Assembly (NCBI RefSeq): GCF_006345805.1
Contig: NC_043008.1
Location: 17,608,001 to 17,672,000 of the forward strand
Direction: 5' to 3'
Length of the DNA stretch: 64,000 nucleotides
DNA from: Octopus sinensis
Taxonomy: Eukaryota
Below are positions 52,020 to 64,000 of this stretch, piece by piece. Made by a program: the position numbers and the translations under genes. Numbering within the stretch: the stretch's first letter is position 1; every line of letters starts with the position of its first letter. Below the pieces are notes generated by a model that saw only the letters and a program-made list of their open reading frames with translations, was not told the origin of the DNA and did not search any database.

Positions 52020-52050
52020 TAATAATAATAATAATGATAGTAATAATAAT

Positions 52051-52230
52051 GGTACATGGAACAAATAGGGGCTGCAACAAGGGTGGCGCGCTTGCAGAAA
52101 GCAGCATTGCTTGGAACCGCTCGAATACTGCGGATGGTGCTCGAAAAATAAGGGGTGTTACCTTAGTTCACTGGCTGTGAACAGCTGACATCGTGGTACA
52201 TCTCCAGCGTTAGAAGCTGTGCAAAAACAA
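52051..52230 (+). mobile_element. R4/Dong-like LINE 3' end #2
   Basis: YMEQIGAATRVARLQKAALLGTARILRMVLEK*, with an AAC/AAT tail. Confidence 0.8.
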
Positions 52231-52266
52231 TAAAAACAATAACAACAACAATAAAACAATAATAAT

Positions 52267-52303
<37 letters not shown>

Positions 52304-52306
<3 letters not shown>

Positions 52307-53022
52307 GAGGAGGAGTGACCTGAAGATAGAGACAGAAGCACTCATATGCGCAGCTCAGGAACAAGCGTTAAGGAACAATTAAATGCAGAATAGACAACAC
52401 TACCGATAGCGACAAATGCAGAATGTGTGGTGAGAGGAGTGAAATGGTATGGCACATCGTTAGCAAATGCCCTAAATTGGCAGAACGCGAATACAAAAGA
52501 TGCCATGACAATGTGGCAAGAATAATCCATTGGGAGCTCTGTGGAATCGGCCTATAAAGAGCAAAGAAGTAGTATGTACAAACTCCAGAAGGAGTCACCG
52601 AAAATGAAATCACCCGACCATACATCGGAAACCGGACATTGTTGGTGGTGAATAAAAAAGGACAGACATGCACGCCCCGGTGAGAACAGGTGAATGCGAA
52701 AGAAGGAGAAAAAATAAATAAACTATGAAGATTTGAAGTGAAAATACGAAGGTTCTGGTCAATGGAGTAGACGTGATAACAGTAGTAATTAGTGCACTTG
52801 GGAGCATCAGCAATCAACTACCTGCATGACTGAAAAAGAGTGGTGCAAGTGTGAAGGTAGGACACCTACAAAAATCAGCATTACTTGGAGCTGTAAGAAT
52901 TTTTGCAGGGTTCTTGACGCACGACCAGTTAACAAGCGTCGCTTTACACTGCTGGCTGTGGACAGTTGACACTTTCCATCATATCCAGCAAAATAAGCTG
53001 TGAGTTTTCATATAATAATAAT
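52304..53022 (+). mobile_element. R4/Dong-like LINE 3' end #3 (CCHC knuckle plus restriction-like endonuclease)
   Basis: LKIETEALICAAQEQAL; KCRMCGERSEMVWHIVSKC; KRCHDNVARIIHWELC; HRKPDIV; LQKSALLGA; TAATAATAAT tail; frameshifts and a deletion. Confidence 0.88.
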
Positions 53023-53029
53023 CCTTTTG

Positions 53030-53142
53030 TCTAAAAGCACTAGGCCTGAAATTTGCGGGCAGCTGACTCGTCAATTACATCGACCCCAGTATTTCACCGG
53101 TACTTAATTTATCGACCATGATAGGATGAAAGGCAAAGTCCA
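53030..53142 (-). mobile_element. SINE family C fragment
   Basis: TTACATCGACCCCAGT..GGTACTTAATTTATCGACC..GGATGAAAGGCAAAGTC. Confidence 0.7.
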
Positions 53143-53539
53143 CGAATTATAAGACTTGGTACCTAGATGTTAAATATCGTGTAAGGTACTTAACACCTAG
53201 TTACCACCTTCAAATTCCCTTCTGTCCCTAATAGAGCAGCTTTTTGTGCATGCTAAAACTCTAGTATTATTATTATTATCATTCGTTCTTCAATCCTGTC
53301 TCTATTTCTTGTCGCTTGTCTCCACGACACGTAGGGCAGAGAAACTCACTGTATACATTGGCAGACCACTAAAATAGAGACACCAGAGTGTCCATTTACA
53401 AAGTCGTTTGATAGAGAGAAGGAATAAAATGAAAAAAAGTAAACACCAGTAGCAATCAGCTTTAATACCAACCCACCAAGTACTTTCCATATATCCACCC
53501 AATTCTTTTATTCCAGCCTACATATTTTCCTGAGTAACT

Positions 53540-53700
53540 ATTTTTTTTTTAACAGCAAGGAAAAGAAGATATAAAGGACGTCTTTCCAACAAACCATTCT
53601 CGATTTTAAATTCATTCTAGCGCTGACCTTCTACATTTACTTGACGTTTAGTTCCCATGTGTATTCCATAGATTGTTATAATTTTCCTGCGAGTCAATGT
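53540..53700 (-). mobile_element. possible very old LINE RT remnant
   Basis: Minus GTKRQVNVEGQR*NEFKIENGLLERRPLYLLF resembles the RT ..S..F.I..GV.QG.PLSP.LF block. Confidence 0.3.
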
Positions 53701-54057
53701 AGCAACGTACCTTCCAAGCTGCAATCACATTTTGAAAATCCAAATAAGCTAATTAAATGGGTGTCAAAATCCGACATATCGTAGTATAATATGCGTGAAT
53801 ATAAATATCGGATTTCTACAGCATCGTGATCACCAGTAAATTGCTTTATCAGTCCGTAGACCTTCCACTGCAATCCGAATCCTATTTACTGATGACTTTC
53901 AATACAATGTTGCCTATTCGTGTCCCCTTCAAATAATTACAACATCTTGGATCCGTCCTTTCCCCGCGTCACATATTTTTATTTCCTTTCAATAAAGACA
54001 ATGTCTTAGATCCCTTGTTTATGTACCCTAGTCTTTACACCAAGGATCAAATACTAT

Positions 54058-54281
54058 TTTACTCCTTTACTTGTTTCAGTCATTTGACTGCGGCCATGCT
54101 GGAGTACCGTCTTTAGTCGAGCAAATCGACCCCGGGACTTATTCTTTGTAAGCCCAGTACTTATTCTATCGGTCTCTTTTGCCGAACCGCTAGATGACGG
54201 GGACGTAAACACACCAGCATCGGTTGTCAAGCAATGCTAGGGGGACAAACACATACACACAACACAGCCACTCCTGCGCCT
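54058..54281 (-). mobile_element. SINE family A with most of the 5' half deleted
   Basis: Intact 3' half joined via ACAC directly to the extreme head ACACAGCCACTCCTGCGCC. Confidence 0.85.
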
Positions 54282-56203
54282 ATATGTCCAAATATCTTTT
54301 AAACATTCCATATATTAGGGAAGAACTCCAATAATACTTCTACATTTATGTCATTATCTGTCAGGGAAGCCTTTCGTGTTTACAATGTTCAATGACTCTT
54401 GATGTTTCTAGCTCCTTTTAGACTTAGACATTTTCAAAGTACTTTAACTTTAAGCTACATGTGAAGGCACTAACATGTTTTTTTGTCTTTATAGTTGAGA
54501 TTAGCTTTCTACTAGTACTCAACACAGACACCTTGTTATATATAATTACTGTAGCTGTAATCTTATTTATTATTCCATAAACTTTGGCGATTCTTCCTTC
54601 ATCGGCATTCATTTCTAACCAATGTTCAGTATGTTTTCATGAACACCTTTTCACCTCTTTATTTTCCATGTGGCTACAATATTTAACCATTTAAACTTGA
54701 AACTCTTTCTTATTCCCTCTAGAAAACTCAACAATTTGCTTTTATTCCTTCCGTACTACACATTTCAAGCGAAATCTATTTTTCCATTTTATTCACTTTT
54801 TTCTGCCCACAACACAGTTATATTCTTTCTTTCCGTCTTCCCTTCTTCTTTTCTTTCTTTCTTCCACACGCACCATCGATGGCTCCTTCATATGTAGCTT
54901 CAAGCTCTACAAATCTATTTCAATATTCAATAATAAATTCATATATATTTCTAACATCATCCAAAATTTCTATAACAAAACATTTAAGTTCATCCTTTTA
55001 GCTTTGGCTAACTGAATTATTTCTATAACAAACTTATAGTCATTTCCAGGATCTGTAACTCAGTATGTTTTAAAATCTAACAAGGAAGTTTTTACCTTTC
55101 CTCTTTATCAACATATAAACTATTTGATTGCGATACGTTCCTTATCTGCTGATGACCAAGTATATTTAGCGAAAAATTTGTGTTCGAGAATTAAGGTGTC
55201 TTCTTTATGCAGTCAAATTTTACACACCTTCATAAACATATTCTAAGTTCATCCATCTGTGTCTATCCTCTGTTTCCTAGCTTACTCTTACTCTCCGCTT
55301 TTGCTTTTCGTTTACCATTGACAAAATGACTGAAAACCTATACAAACGTTACTAGCATGGGTTAGACTTGTGTTAGGAATGATATGCAATAGTCAGCACC
55401 TCCAATAAGAGATTCAAATATCAATTTTGAATACGGATCAACTGGTCAAAAACTGCGAGCTATGCGTCATGTGATAGTGTATTTATGATCACCAACGAAT
55501 CTCCCAAGGATTTATAGCACCATTATTGAAGAATATATACAAAGAAATAGCACTTAACCTCGAGCAAGCAAGAATATTCAGGATATTTTTGATTTTAAAT
55601 GCAAATAGAAAAATACATATTGAATTTCTGAATAATGAAGATGAATGATAGATGATACAAAATAGTTATATTGGCTCAGGGTTAAACAAGATTTTAAGGG
55701 ATGGATTATATCATATTTGAAGGCGATACATATTTGATCTGTCAAACAGAATATGGAGCTTTATGGTTTCGAATTGATTGCAAAAAAATAAAGGTTTCAA
55801 GAGCATTATCTAAATGGAAACCTTTAGCTAATGGCTGAATGCTTTTAGGGAAACCTGGAGTTAAGGAATGCAGCATCAATATAATTGTATCTTAAGCACC
55901 TCTTAATATTGCAAATGAATGAGTGAAAGTTAGTTTTGTTTTCTTCTGTTGATCCTACATATAATGGAACATAAAACCATATGTATATGTATATATATAT
56001 ATATATATATATAGATATATATATATATATAAATATATATACATACATATATATATATATACATTTATACACATACATATATATGTATATGTATAAATGT
56101 GTATATATATATATATATATACACATTTATACATATACATATATATGTATATATATATACATTTATACACATACATATATATGTATATATATATATATAA
56201 TAT

Positions 56204-56244
<41 letters not shown>

Positions 56245-56444
56245 ATGTATATATTAGATATATGACATGATGCACATGTGTTGTACATGGGTATGTAAGT
56301 GTATGATAACATTTGTGTGTTGATAGGAAGCATAATTATCAGAAGCAAACCTAAAACTCGAACCTATGTGCATATATTAACCGCATAATAGAAGTGTGTA
56401 TAATTGTACGATCATAAAAACATACACGTACCTATATATGTATG

Positions 56445-56504
<60 letters not shown>

Positions 56505-57174
56505 AATATATGTATATACATATATTTATTTATTTGTATATATATATAAACGTATAAATGTAGATTCACACACATGATAATATAAATTGAAATTCTATTT
56601 GGCTGTTGAAACAGAGCTATAATTTGTTGATGGTTCATAAAAGAGATCTCTTAGCGTAAAATCATCACTTCAAAAGAATTGCATAAATCCACCAGGTGTT
56701 TTCATATTTTCAGAATTCTTTAAATTAATTATTTTCATTGTCATGTTTTAAATTAATTAGTGCATATTTTCTCACACTTTCAACTTGCTTCTGAAATCAC
56801 TGGAACAGAAAAATAATTCGAGAAAAAGATTCTTTTGAAAATCCGAACGTTCTGCACATCAGTTATCCCGCATCAGTATTCGTTATGTCTAAATGTATAA
56901 TTTTCTTTTCCAAATTTCCTCTCCTCACGTAGGAAAGAAGAAATGCTAGCTGTTTCCAATGGTTTGAAATTACCTCATTCGGTTTTCCCAGAACCTGTTT
57001 CTAATGTTAACCAATATGTATTAGTAAAAAAAAAAAAATCTATTCGGCACTGCTTAAAAGATCCAAAACATTTGTTTGTTCCCCCGAAATATCAGAATGT
57101 TTACTAACTGTTCATAGAATTCTATTCCAAGTAAAATACGCTTTTAAATAGTTATTTTAATATTTATATGTTAC

Positions 57175-57555
57175 CAAATTCCGCCGAGGTCGATTTGCCT
57201 TTCATTCTTTCAAGGTCAATAAATCAAATACCTATTTCTTTATTACCCACAAGGGGCTAAACATAGAGGGGACAAACATGGACAGACATAGGTATTAAGT
57301 CCATTACATCGACCCCAGTGCGTAACTGGTACTTAATTTATCGACCCCGAAAGGATGAAAGGCAAAGTCGACCTCGGCGGAATTTGAACTCAGAACGTAA
57401 CGACAGGCGAAATACCGCTAAGCATTTCGCCCGGCGTGCTAACGTTTCTGCCAGCTCGCCGCCTTAAATCAAATACCACTTGCGTACTGGGGTAGATGCA
57501 ATCGACTGGCCCCAAAAACGTTCGGGCCTTGTGCCGAGAGTAGAAAAGAATATAT
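57175..57555. mobile_element. older SINE family C copy (+) interrupted by a young family C copy (-, 57233-57464) with a 13-bp TSD
   Basis: TAAATCAAATACC at 57220-57232 and 57465-57477; the host SINE resumes after the insert. Confidence 0.9.
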
Positions 57556-57596
57556 TATATTTAAACGCGGTAAGCTGGCAGAATCGTTAGCAAGCA

Positions 57597-57790
57597 ATAT
57601 GATCATGACGAGGAGGAGGAGGAGGATGACGACGAGGACGATGATGATGATGAAGATGATGACAATGTTGATCATGATGATCATGATGATGATGATTATG
57701 ATGACGACGACGGTGATGATGATGATTATGATGACGACGACGGTGATGATGAAGATGACAATGACGATGATGATGATCATGATGATGATC
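57597..57790. repeat. degenerate (GAT/GAC/GAG)n trinucleotide tract
   Basis: Low-complexity repeat with an internal 30-bp duplication. Confidence 0.9.
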
Positions 57791-57993
57791 GAAGAAATAT
57801 TTTCCAATCATCAAACGATTAGAATTTTTGAATGATTTCCCCCGAAACATCTTCAGATCTACCGGAATCATGGTTTCAGAGATCTTCCTTTTCTAATCCT
57901 GATTTACTGATTAAAAAATCTGAAGGTCGTTAAAGGTACGTAAATAGTAATCTTTATGTTAAGGAAACGGCTGATAGCAGTGAATTTATTATA

Positions 57994-59274
57994 TCAGGTC
58001 ATCCCATAAGTTCTCTCCGAATTATGAAGAAAGAACATAAGTGAACAAATGTTATATTTAATTGAAATTTAATCATCAATGTACTTTCCCTGATTATCTA
58101 TGACTTCGTTTCATCTATTTACTAGCTTTTTAATCCCATTAATTAAAAACTTTTTTGGTTTCAAAGCAAAGAACTCTGAAATGTCAGTTTCGACCTCCTC
58201 CTGGCTTGCGAAAGTTATGTCCCCCAAATGTTTCTGTAAACTACGAAACAAATGGTAGTCTGAAGGAGCAAGGTAGAGACAAAAAGGTGGATAAGGAATT
58301 TGTTTCCCAACTAAGCTCTTTGATCCTCTATGATGTGATCTTTGCAGTGTGGAGTCGCGCATTGTCCTGATAAATCATCACTCCTTTTCGATTCACTGAA
58401 GCTGATCTCTCTTCAAAGCTTGGTTCAAACACTCTAATTGCTGACAGTAGACTTGAGCATTGATTGTTGCATTAGGTGGTAATAATTCAAAGGGAATTAC
58501 TCCTTTGCAATCCCACCAGATAGAGAGAAGAAACTTTATTCCATGAAGTTCCCTTTTCGGTTGTGAGCTTTTCCCCTTTTACCAAGCCACTGTTTACGAC
58601 GTTTAACATATCCATAGAAGATCCATTTTTCGTCACCAGTTACAAGTCTATCCAAAAAGTGTGAAATAATTTCGCGAGAATGAGTAGAAGAGCAGATGTC
58701 AACTCGGGATTTGCGGTTGCTTTCGGACAATTCATGAGGCACCCATTTTCCAAGTTTAGGAATCTTTACAAATTGTTGAAGATGACGATGAACAGTTGTA
58801 TGGTTTGAACTAAGCTTTATTGCCAATTCTTCAACTGACAATGCAGAATTTTCTTCAAGTAATGCCTCAAGGAGCTTATCATCAAACTCAACTGGACCTC
58901 TTGTTCAATCTTCATCTTCAAGTCTGAAATCCCTGCTTCTGAATTTTGCAAACCACCTTTTGCAAGTTCTTTCATTCAAGCATTTCCCCCCATAAAATTA
59001 GTGAATATTTTGAGTCGCTTCGGCTGCAGAGTTTCCTTTTTTGTACTCATAAAGCATTATGTGCCTCAAATGCTCATTCGATACTACCATGTTTGAAAGT
59101 GTTCTATTTAAGAAATTTGAATTCTATTATTCTGTAAAATAATATTTAATCAGTTTAAATGTACACAAATGCATAAAAATAAATTTTTCATTCCATTAGA
59201 CATTGTAAAATGCTATTAAATTTCATTCAATTTTAAAAGATGTAAAATCGGACAGAACCTATGTGATGATCTTA
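57994..59274 (-). mobile_element. full-length (~1.28 kb) decayed mariner
   Basis: TIR-like TCAGGTCATCCCATAAGTTCT.TCCGA at both ends. Start MVVSNEHLRHIMLYEYKKG at 59090; WVPHEL, LVTGDEKWI and LAPSDYHLFRSL motifs; stops and frameshifts. Confidence 0.92.
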
Positions 59275-59478
59275 GAATGACAATTAATAATCTATTCTCT
59301 TCATTTTCCACTCATCTATTCTACTGTCGATGGAAGAATATGAAAATCAAAATGGAATGATAGTAGCTGTATAGTTTTGAACTTTACTTATAGAGGTATT
59401 TATTTGTATATATTTACGTTCTTAAGTCAAATATCGACTTTTGTATTTATTCCAATAGTTTCGACATGTTTTATTTTT

Positions 59479-59823
59479 GGGGTCTTTTCATTTTGATCGG
59501 CAGATTTTTGAAATAATTTCTATGTAACTAAACACTTTTAAACTTATTATACTGGTAGTGTGTTACTTAAAACACCGCAATTTATTGTTGTTGACAAAAT
59601 ACGGCAGATATTTAATTCACCTCAACAGACGTCATTGTCTGGTTGAAATTGCCGAAATGCAAGAAATTAAACAACAAATAGCTTACAAACTACAGAATTT
59701 TCTCAAGAAAGCCAAGAGAAAAAGATGCCTTATGTAACACATTCTACCAGTATATGAAGTTTAACAGTGTTTAGTTACATGGAAATTATTTTAAAAATCT
59801 GCCGGTCAAAGTGAAAAGATCCT
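59479..59823. mobile_element. MITE with ~88-bp TIRs (59479-59566 / 59734-59823)
   Basis: GG(G/A)TCTTTTCA.TTTGA.CGGCAGATTTTT...ATACTGGTAG..TGTGTTAC in inverted orientation; a related end at 34219-34310. Confidence 0.78.
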
Positions 59824-60953
59824 ATTTTTAATGTTTTAGCGTCGAGACAATTCCTTACAGTCTCTTCTATAGAATGGAATTTGACAAGGGACAAATTTCA
59901 AATTTTGTAAAACGATGTGGTGATCAATGTAGTTTGGTACATGAGACTGAATCCTTTTTAACTCTCTAGATAAATACATAAAGAAAATCTTTCGTTACAC
60001 AAGTTTTGCTTTCAGATGATGCAAATTCATATTTCCGTATTCACACTCACGTAAGTTATGCCTTCTGTATGATTAACTGAAATAATGTTTCATATTACCA
60101 CGGATATAAATTTTGATTTCCATCCGTTTTATATTGAGAGAACAAGCACCTTCCCGTCATGCATCTGTATCGTTTCCAAGCCGTCGCTGGATGTGAATAC
60201 AGAGTTTTGGCAAGAGTCTTCAGAACGTAGGTTTCCTTCTAATTATATTGAGATCAAATCCTTCTGTGATTGACCTGCTCATTAATTTCTCTGATTTCGT
60301 TAAGGAAATTTTGGATAATGTACTTGCGTATATTTCATCAACTTGCATCTATTTCATGAACTTTTATCAAGTTCCACTTTCATTATAGTTTTCTGGTCAT
60401 GTGGAACAAGACCAATTCTATAATTATCTACCTTTAACAATATCATTTGAAGCAGATTATTTAGAACGGATATTTGGATATACGGAACCTTAATATAGGT
60501 TATTTAAGAGCTAACTTCATCCATCGTGTCTAGTTAGTTTGGGAAGTAGAATTACGAATGCAGTTCCGTAGGTAGTAGAAAATTCTCAACTGTAAGCATT
60601 TTAGTGCATTATACTTTAAGTTTTGAGACTTATTAAATTCTAAAGTGTTGCAGTCTAATATATACAAATATGGGAATGGTCTCTCCCGCTGTAACTTTTA
60701 GTTATTCATCAACGGGAGAAATACATACGAAATGTATGATGCTCTGACGGAAATAATTGTAGAACGGAATGTATTATTCAAATTAAATTTCAAATACCGT
60801 TATGGTGATTTGAAAGATATTCTTTGAAATCGATAGCTAAATACCAGGCATATTCTTAGGCTGCTTTCGGCTGTGTAAATCAATATGAAAGTTGAACCGT
60901 TACTTAGTTAAATGAATTAATATGAATTACGCTTCATATTTACGGTCGGAACA

Positions 60954-61053
60954 NNNNNNNNNNNNNNNNNNNNNNNNNNNNNNNNNNNNNNNNNNNNNNN
61001 NNNNNNNNNNNNNNNNNNNNNNNNNNNNNNNNNNNNNNNNNNNNNNNNNNNNN
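60954..61053. other. assembly gap (100 N)
   Basis: Run of N. Confidence 0.99.
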
Positions 61054-61439
61054 TATTTTGTAGGTAATTTTATTGAATACTATAATGATTACCACTTATA
61101 CGGCATTATCAATAACGATTCAATATCTCACCAAAAACTTTGAAAACTGAGATGAGAGGAGGAAAATTGCTTTGCACGCTGTTGTAAAGAACATATATGC
61201 ATGTATTTGGTATGTGTGTATATAGATATATATATACATATATATATATATACATACATACATGCATATATAAGTATATATTACACACACATATATGTAT
61301 AACATTCTGATGCATTTGAACACGCTCGCAGACAAATATTCGTGTGAATAAATGTACACATTGTAGTCAATTATTGTCCACATATATACACTTATATGCT
61401 TACAGACACCCACTCATATACATACATGTGTAAGTATTT

Positions 61440-61440
61440 T

Positions 61441-61509
<69 letters not shown>

Positions 61510-61657
61510 AATATAATGCATATATATATGTATATTATAATATATGGATTATATGTTATTTGTTAGAACAATCACAAAGGTGTAATAATATATATATAAT
61601 ATATATAGATATATGATATATATAAATTATATATATATATATAAGAATCAATGCACA

Positions 61658-61695
<38 letters not shown>

Positions 61696-61715
61696 AACAC
61701 AGATGCGTATGATGT

Positions 61716-61746
<31 letters not shown>

Positions 61747-61790
61747 ATATATATATATATATACATATATACACATATATATTTATATAC

Positions 61791-61832
<42 letters not shown>

Positions 61833-62692
61833 TATTTAGATACATATATATATAATATATATATATATACATATATACATATATATATATATGCGTATAT
61901 ACGTGCCTTTATACTTGAGAGTCTGTGTGTGTGTGTGTGTGTGTGTATGTGTCTTTGTGTGAGTCTCTGTGCGTGTCTGTGACTCTGTGTGTGTGTAAGG
62001 TTTCCTACAAAGAGAACCGACAGATAAAAACATAAAAACGGTTTTAAGGAAACGAGTTTGCGCTTATTTAATTATTTGTCAGACTAGCGATATAAAAGTA
62101 CAGCTGTCAATTGTAGAAGGTGTAATTTAATTTATATTTTTATAATGCATACTGGCAAGACGTTCTTTTGCGTCAATCGGTAATCTCTTTTAACAGATAA
62201 TCTGCTTTCCGGAGAAAAATACGGAGCCAAAAGTCTGACATTACGGTAATTTTTCATCGAAGTATTATATAGGCAAAAGACCAAAAAAATATAAGAAAAC
62301 GTAAAAAAAATATAACGGAATGAATGCAACGCAAACGTTAACCACAGACTTAGCAATATGAATACATACATACATATATACATAGACACACACATGCATA
62401 CATACATATATATATATATATTATATAATATATATATATATATATATACATACATATATACAACATACATTCATATATACGTACATACGTACATATATAT
62501 ATTTATGTGTGCGACTGTGTGAGCGTGTGCATGTGAGTCTGCAATTGTTTGTGTATGAGTATATATGTGCATATATGTGTGTGTGTGTGTAGCATATATA
62601 TACACATATATAAATATGTATATACGCGTATGTAAAGACGTACATACACATACTTTCATATCAATTACATATCCACATATACATGTATGTAT

Positions 62693-62746
<54 letters not shown>

Positions 62747-63178
62747 TATGTATGTGTGTATATATATGTATGTATGTATGTAAGTATGTATGTATATATG
62801 TACAGATCTATGTATACGCATATTCAAAAAACAATAAATAGAAATGCAAGCGGTGATGCCTAAAATACCTACCGTCCATTTTCCTGCAAAAATATATAAC
62901 AAACATCTTGGCAAAATTGCCTTGCATGTAATTCGTATAAACCGAATTTATTTTGTAAGTAATTCAGTAAATGTCATATATTGAGCATCTACTTTAAATC
63001 ACATTATGCAATGATATAAAACTTATGAGTCGTAGAGCAATTCAATTAGACATATTCGCTGTCATTTACTCGAAATGACTGTTTCTTACTTCGTACAGTT
63101 TTCTCTTTTAATATTTCTATTAATTATTAGTACGCTTGTGGTGTAGAGAAATCGATATGACGCCTCTCTCTATATATG

Positions 63179-63212
<34 letters not shown>

Positions 63213-63348
63213 TGTATGTATGTATGTATGTATGTATGTATGTATGTATGTATGTATGTATGTATGTATGTATGCATGTATGTATGCATGTATGTATATA
63301 TATGTATGTATGAAATATAGATACGCATATATATATACGTACACAGAT

Positions 63349-63386
<38 letters not shown>

Positions 63387-63640
63387 ATGCTTATATGCGT
63401 GTGTATATATAGATACATATATAATATATTAATATATATATATACACATATGCACATATATATCGATATATATATTTATATGTATGTGTGTATGTATATG
63501 TGTGTGTGACTGCAAACGTTTTTGATACCTATCTAGCCATCTATCTGACTGTCTATTCATATATATGTATAGATACACGCATACATATATACATACACAC
63601 ACTCATGGATACGTGTATATGTGTCTGTATATATATATAT

Positions 63641-63672
<32 letters not shown>

Positions 63673-63740
63673 TATATATATAAAATATAACTATATGCGT
63701 GTGTTTCTGTGCATTGTATACGTGTTTTTTGTATGTGTTG

Positions 63741-63774
<34 letters not shown>

Positions 63775-63790
63775 CTATATATATATATAT
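61440..63790. repeat. dense (TA)n/(TG)n/(TATG)n microsatellite fields
   Basis: e.g. 61440-61880 (TA)n, 63172-63300 (TATG)n. Confidence 0.9.
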
Positions 63791-64000
63791 ATATGTAGGT
63801 GCGGTGTGTATAAGTGCATCTCTGTGTAGATATCTTCTGTCAAAACCCAAAGTACGCAACACATCTCACCGGTACCTATGAGGAAAACAAAATTGCTGTA
63901 ACTATGTTGGTAAATTTTACTATTTCTTAGTCACAAAATATGATGTGCAGTTGACACTGTTTAACATGTAAAATTTATGTCCTGTACGAACGATAGTATT

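Noticed and set aside
57469-57871. Poly-Asp / poly-His / poly-Met / poly-Ile ORFs
   Set aside because: A degenerate GAT trinucleotide tract following a SINE head; no splice context or complex flanking coding sequence.
55050-60400. LSADDQVYL at ~55145 and an IT..GFD..K-like stretch near 60200-60330 hinting at old LINE RT
   Set aside because: Single weak motifs without neighbouring RT blocks.

Overview
AT-rich, microsatellite-dense animal genomic DNA, most likely an octopus (inferred from the SINE families and repeat landscape, not from a database search). It reads as intronic or intergenic. No host protein-coding gene can be confidently identified; a few splice-flanked open segments are listed only as weak exon candidates. 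Almost all ORF-track entries are translations of (TA)n, (CA)n, (TAGA)n and similar repeats or of SINEs. Recognisable content: (1) several tRNA-derived SINE families (here called A, CORE-like with an internal microsatellite; B; C; plus one (GAT)n-tailed element); (2) a Penelope-like (GIY-YIG) retroelement fragment with an inverted terminal copy, and several short Penelope-type terminal-repeat fragments; (3) LINE 3' ends (RTE, CR1-like, and three stacked R4/Dong-like ends in a (TAA)n tract); (4) three mariner remnants, one Tigger/pogo remnant, a non-autonomous Helitron and two MITEs; (5) an old ~1.3 kb tandem duplication, three fold-back duplications centred on (TA)n, and a 100-N gap. The most interesting signal is a set of minimal type-I hammerhead-ribozyme folds in the Penelope-type fragments with different catalytic cores: canonical CUGACGA, a G3-C8 compensatory swap (GUGAACA), U4C and A6U. 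All folds were assigned by eye and none has been tested.
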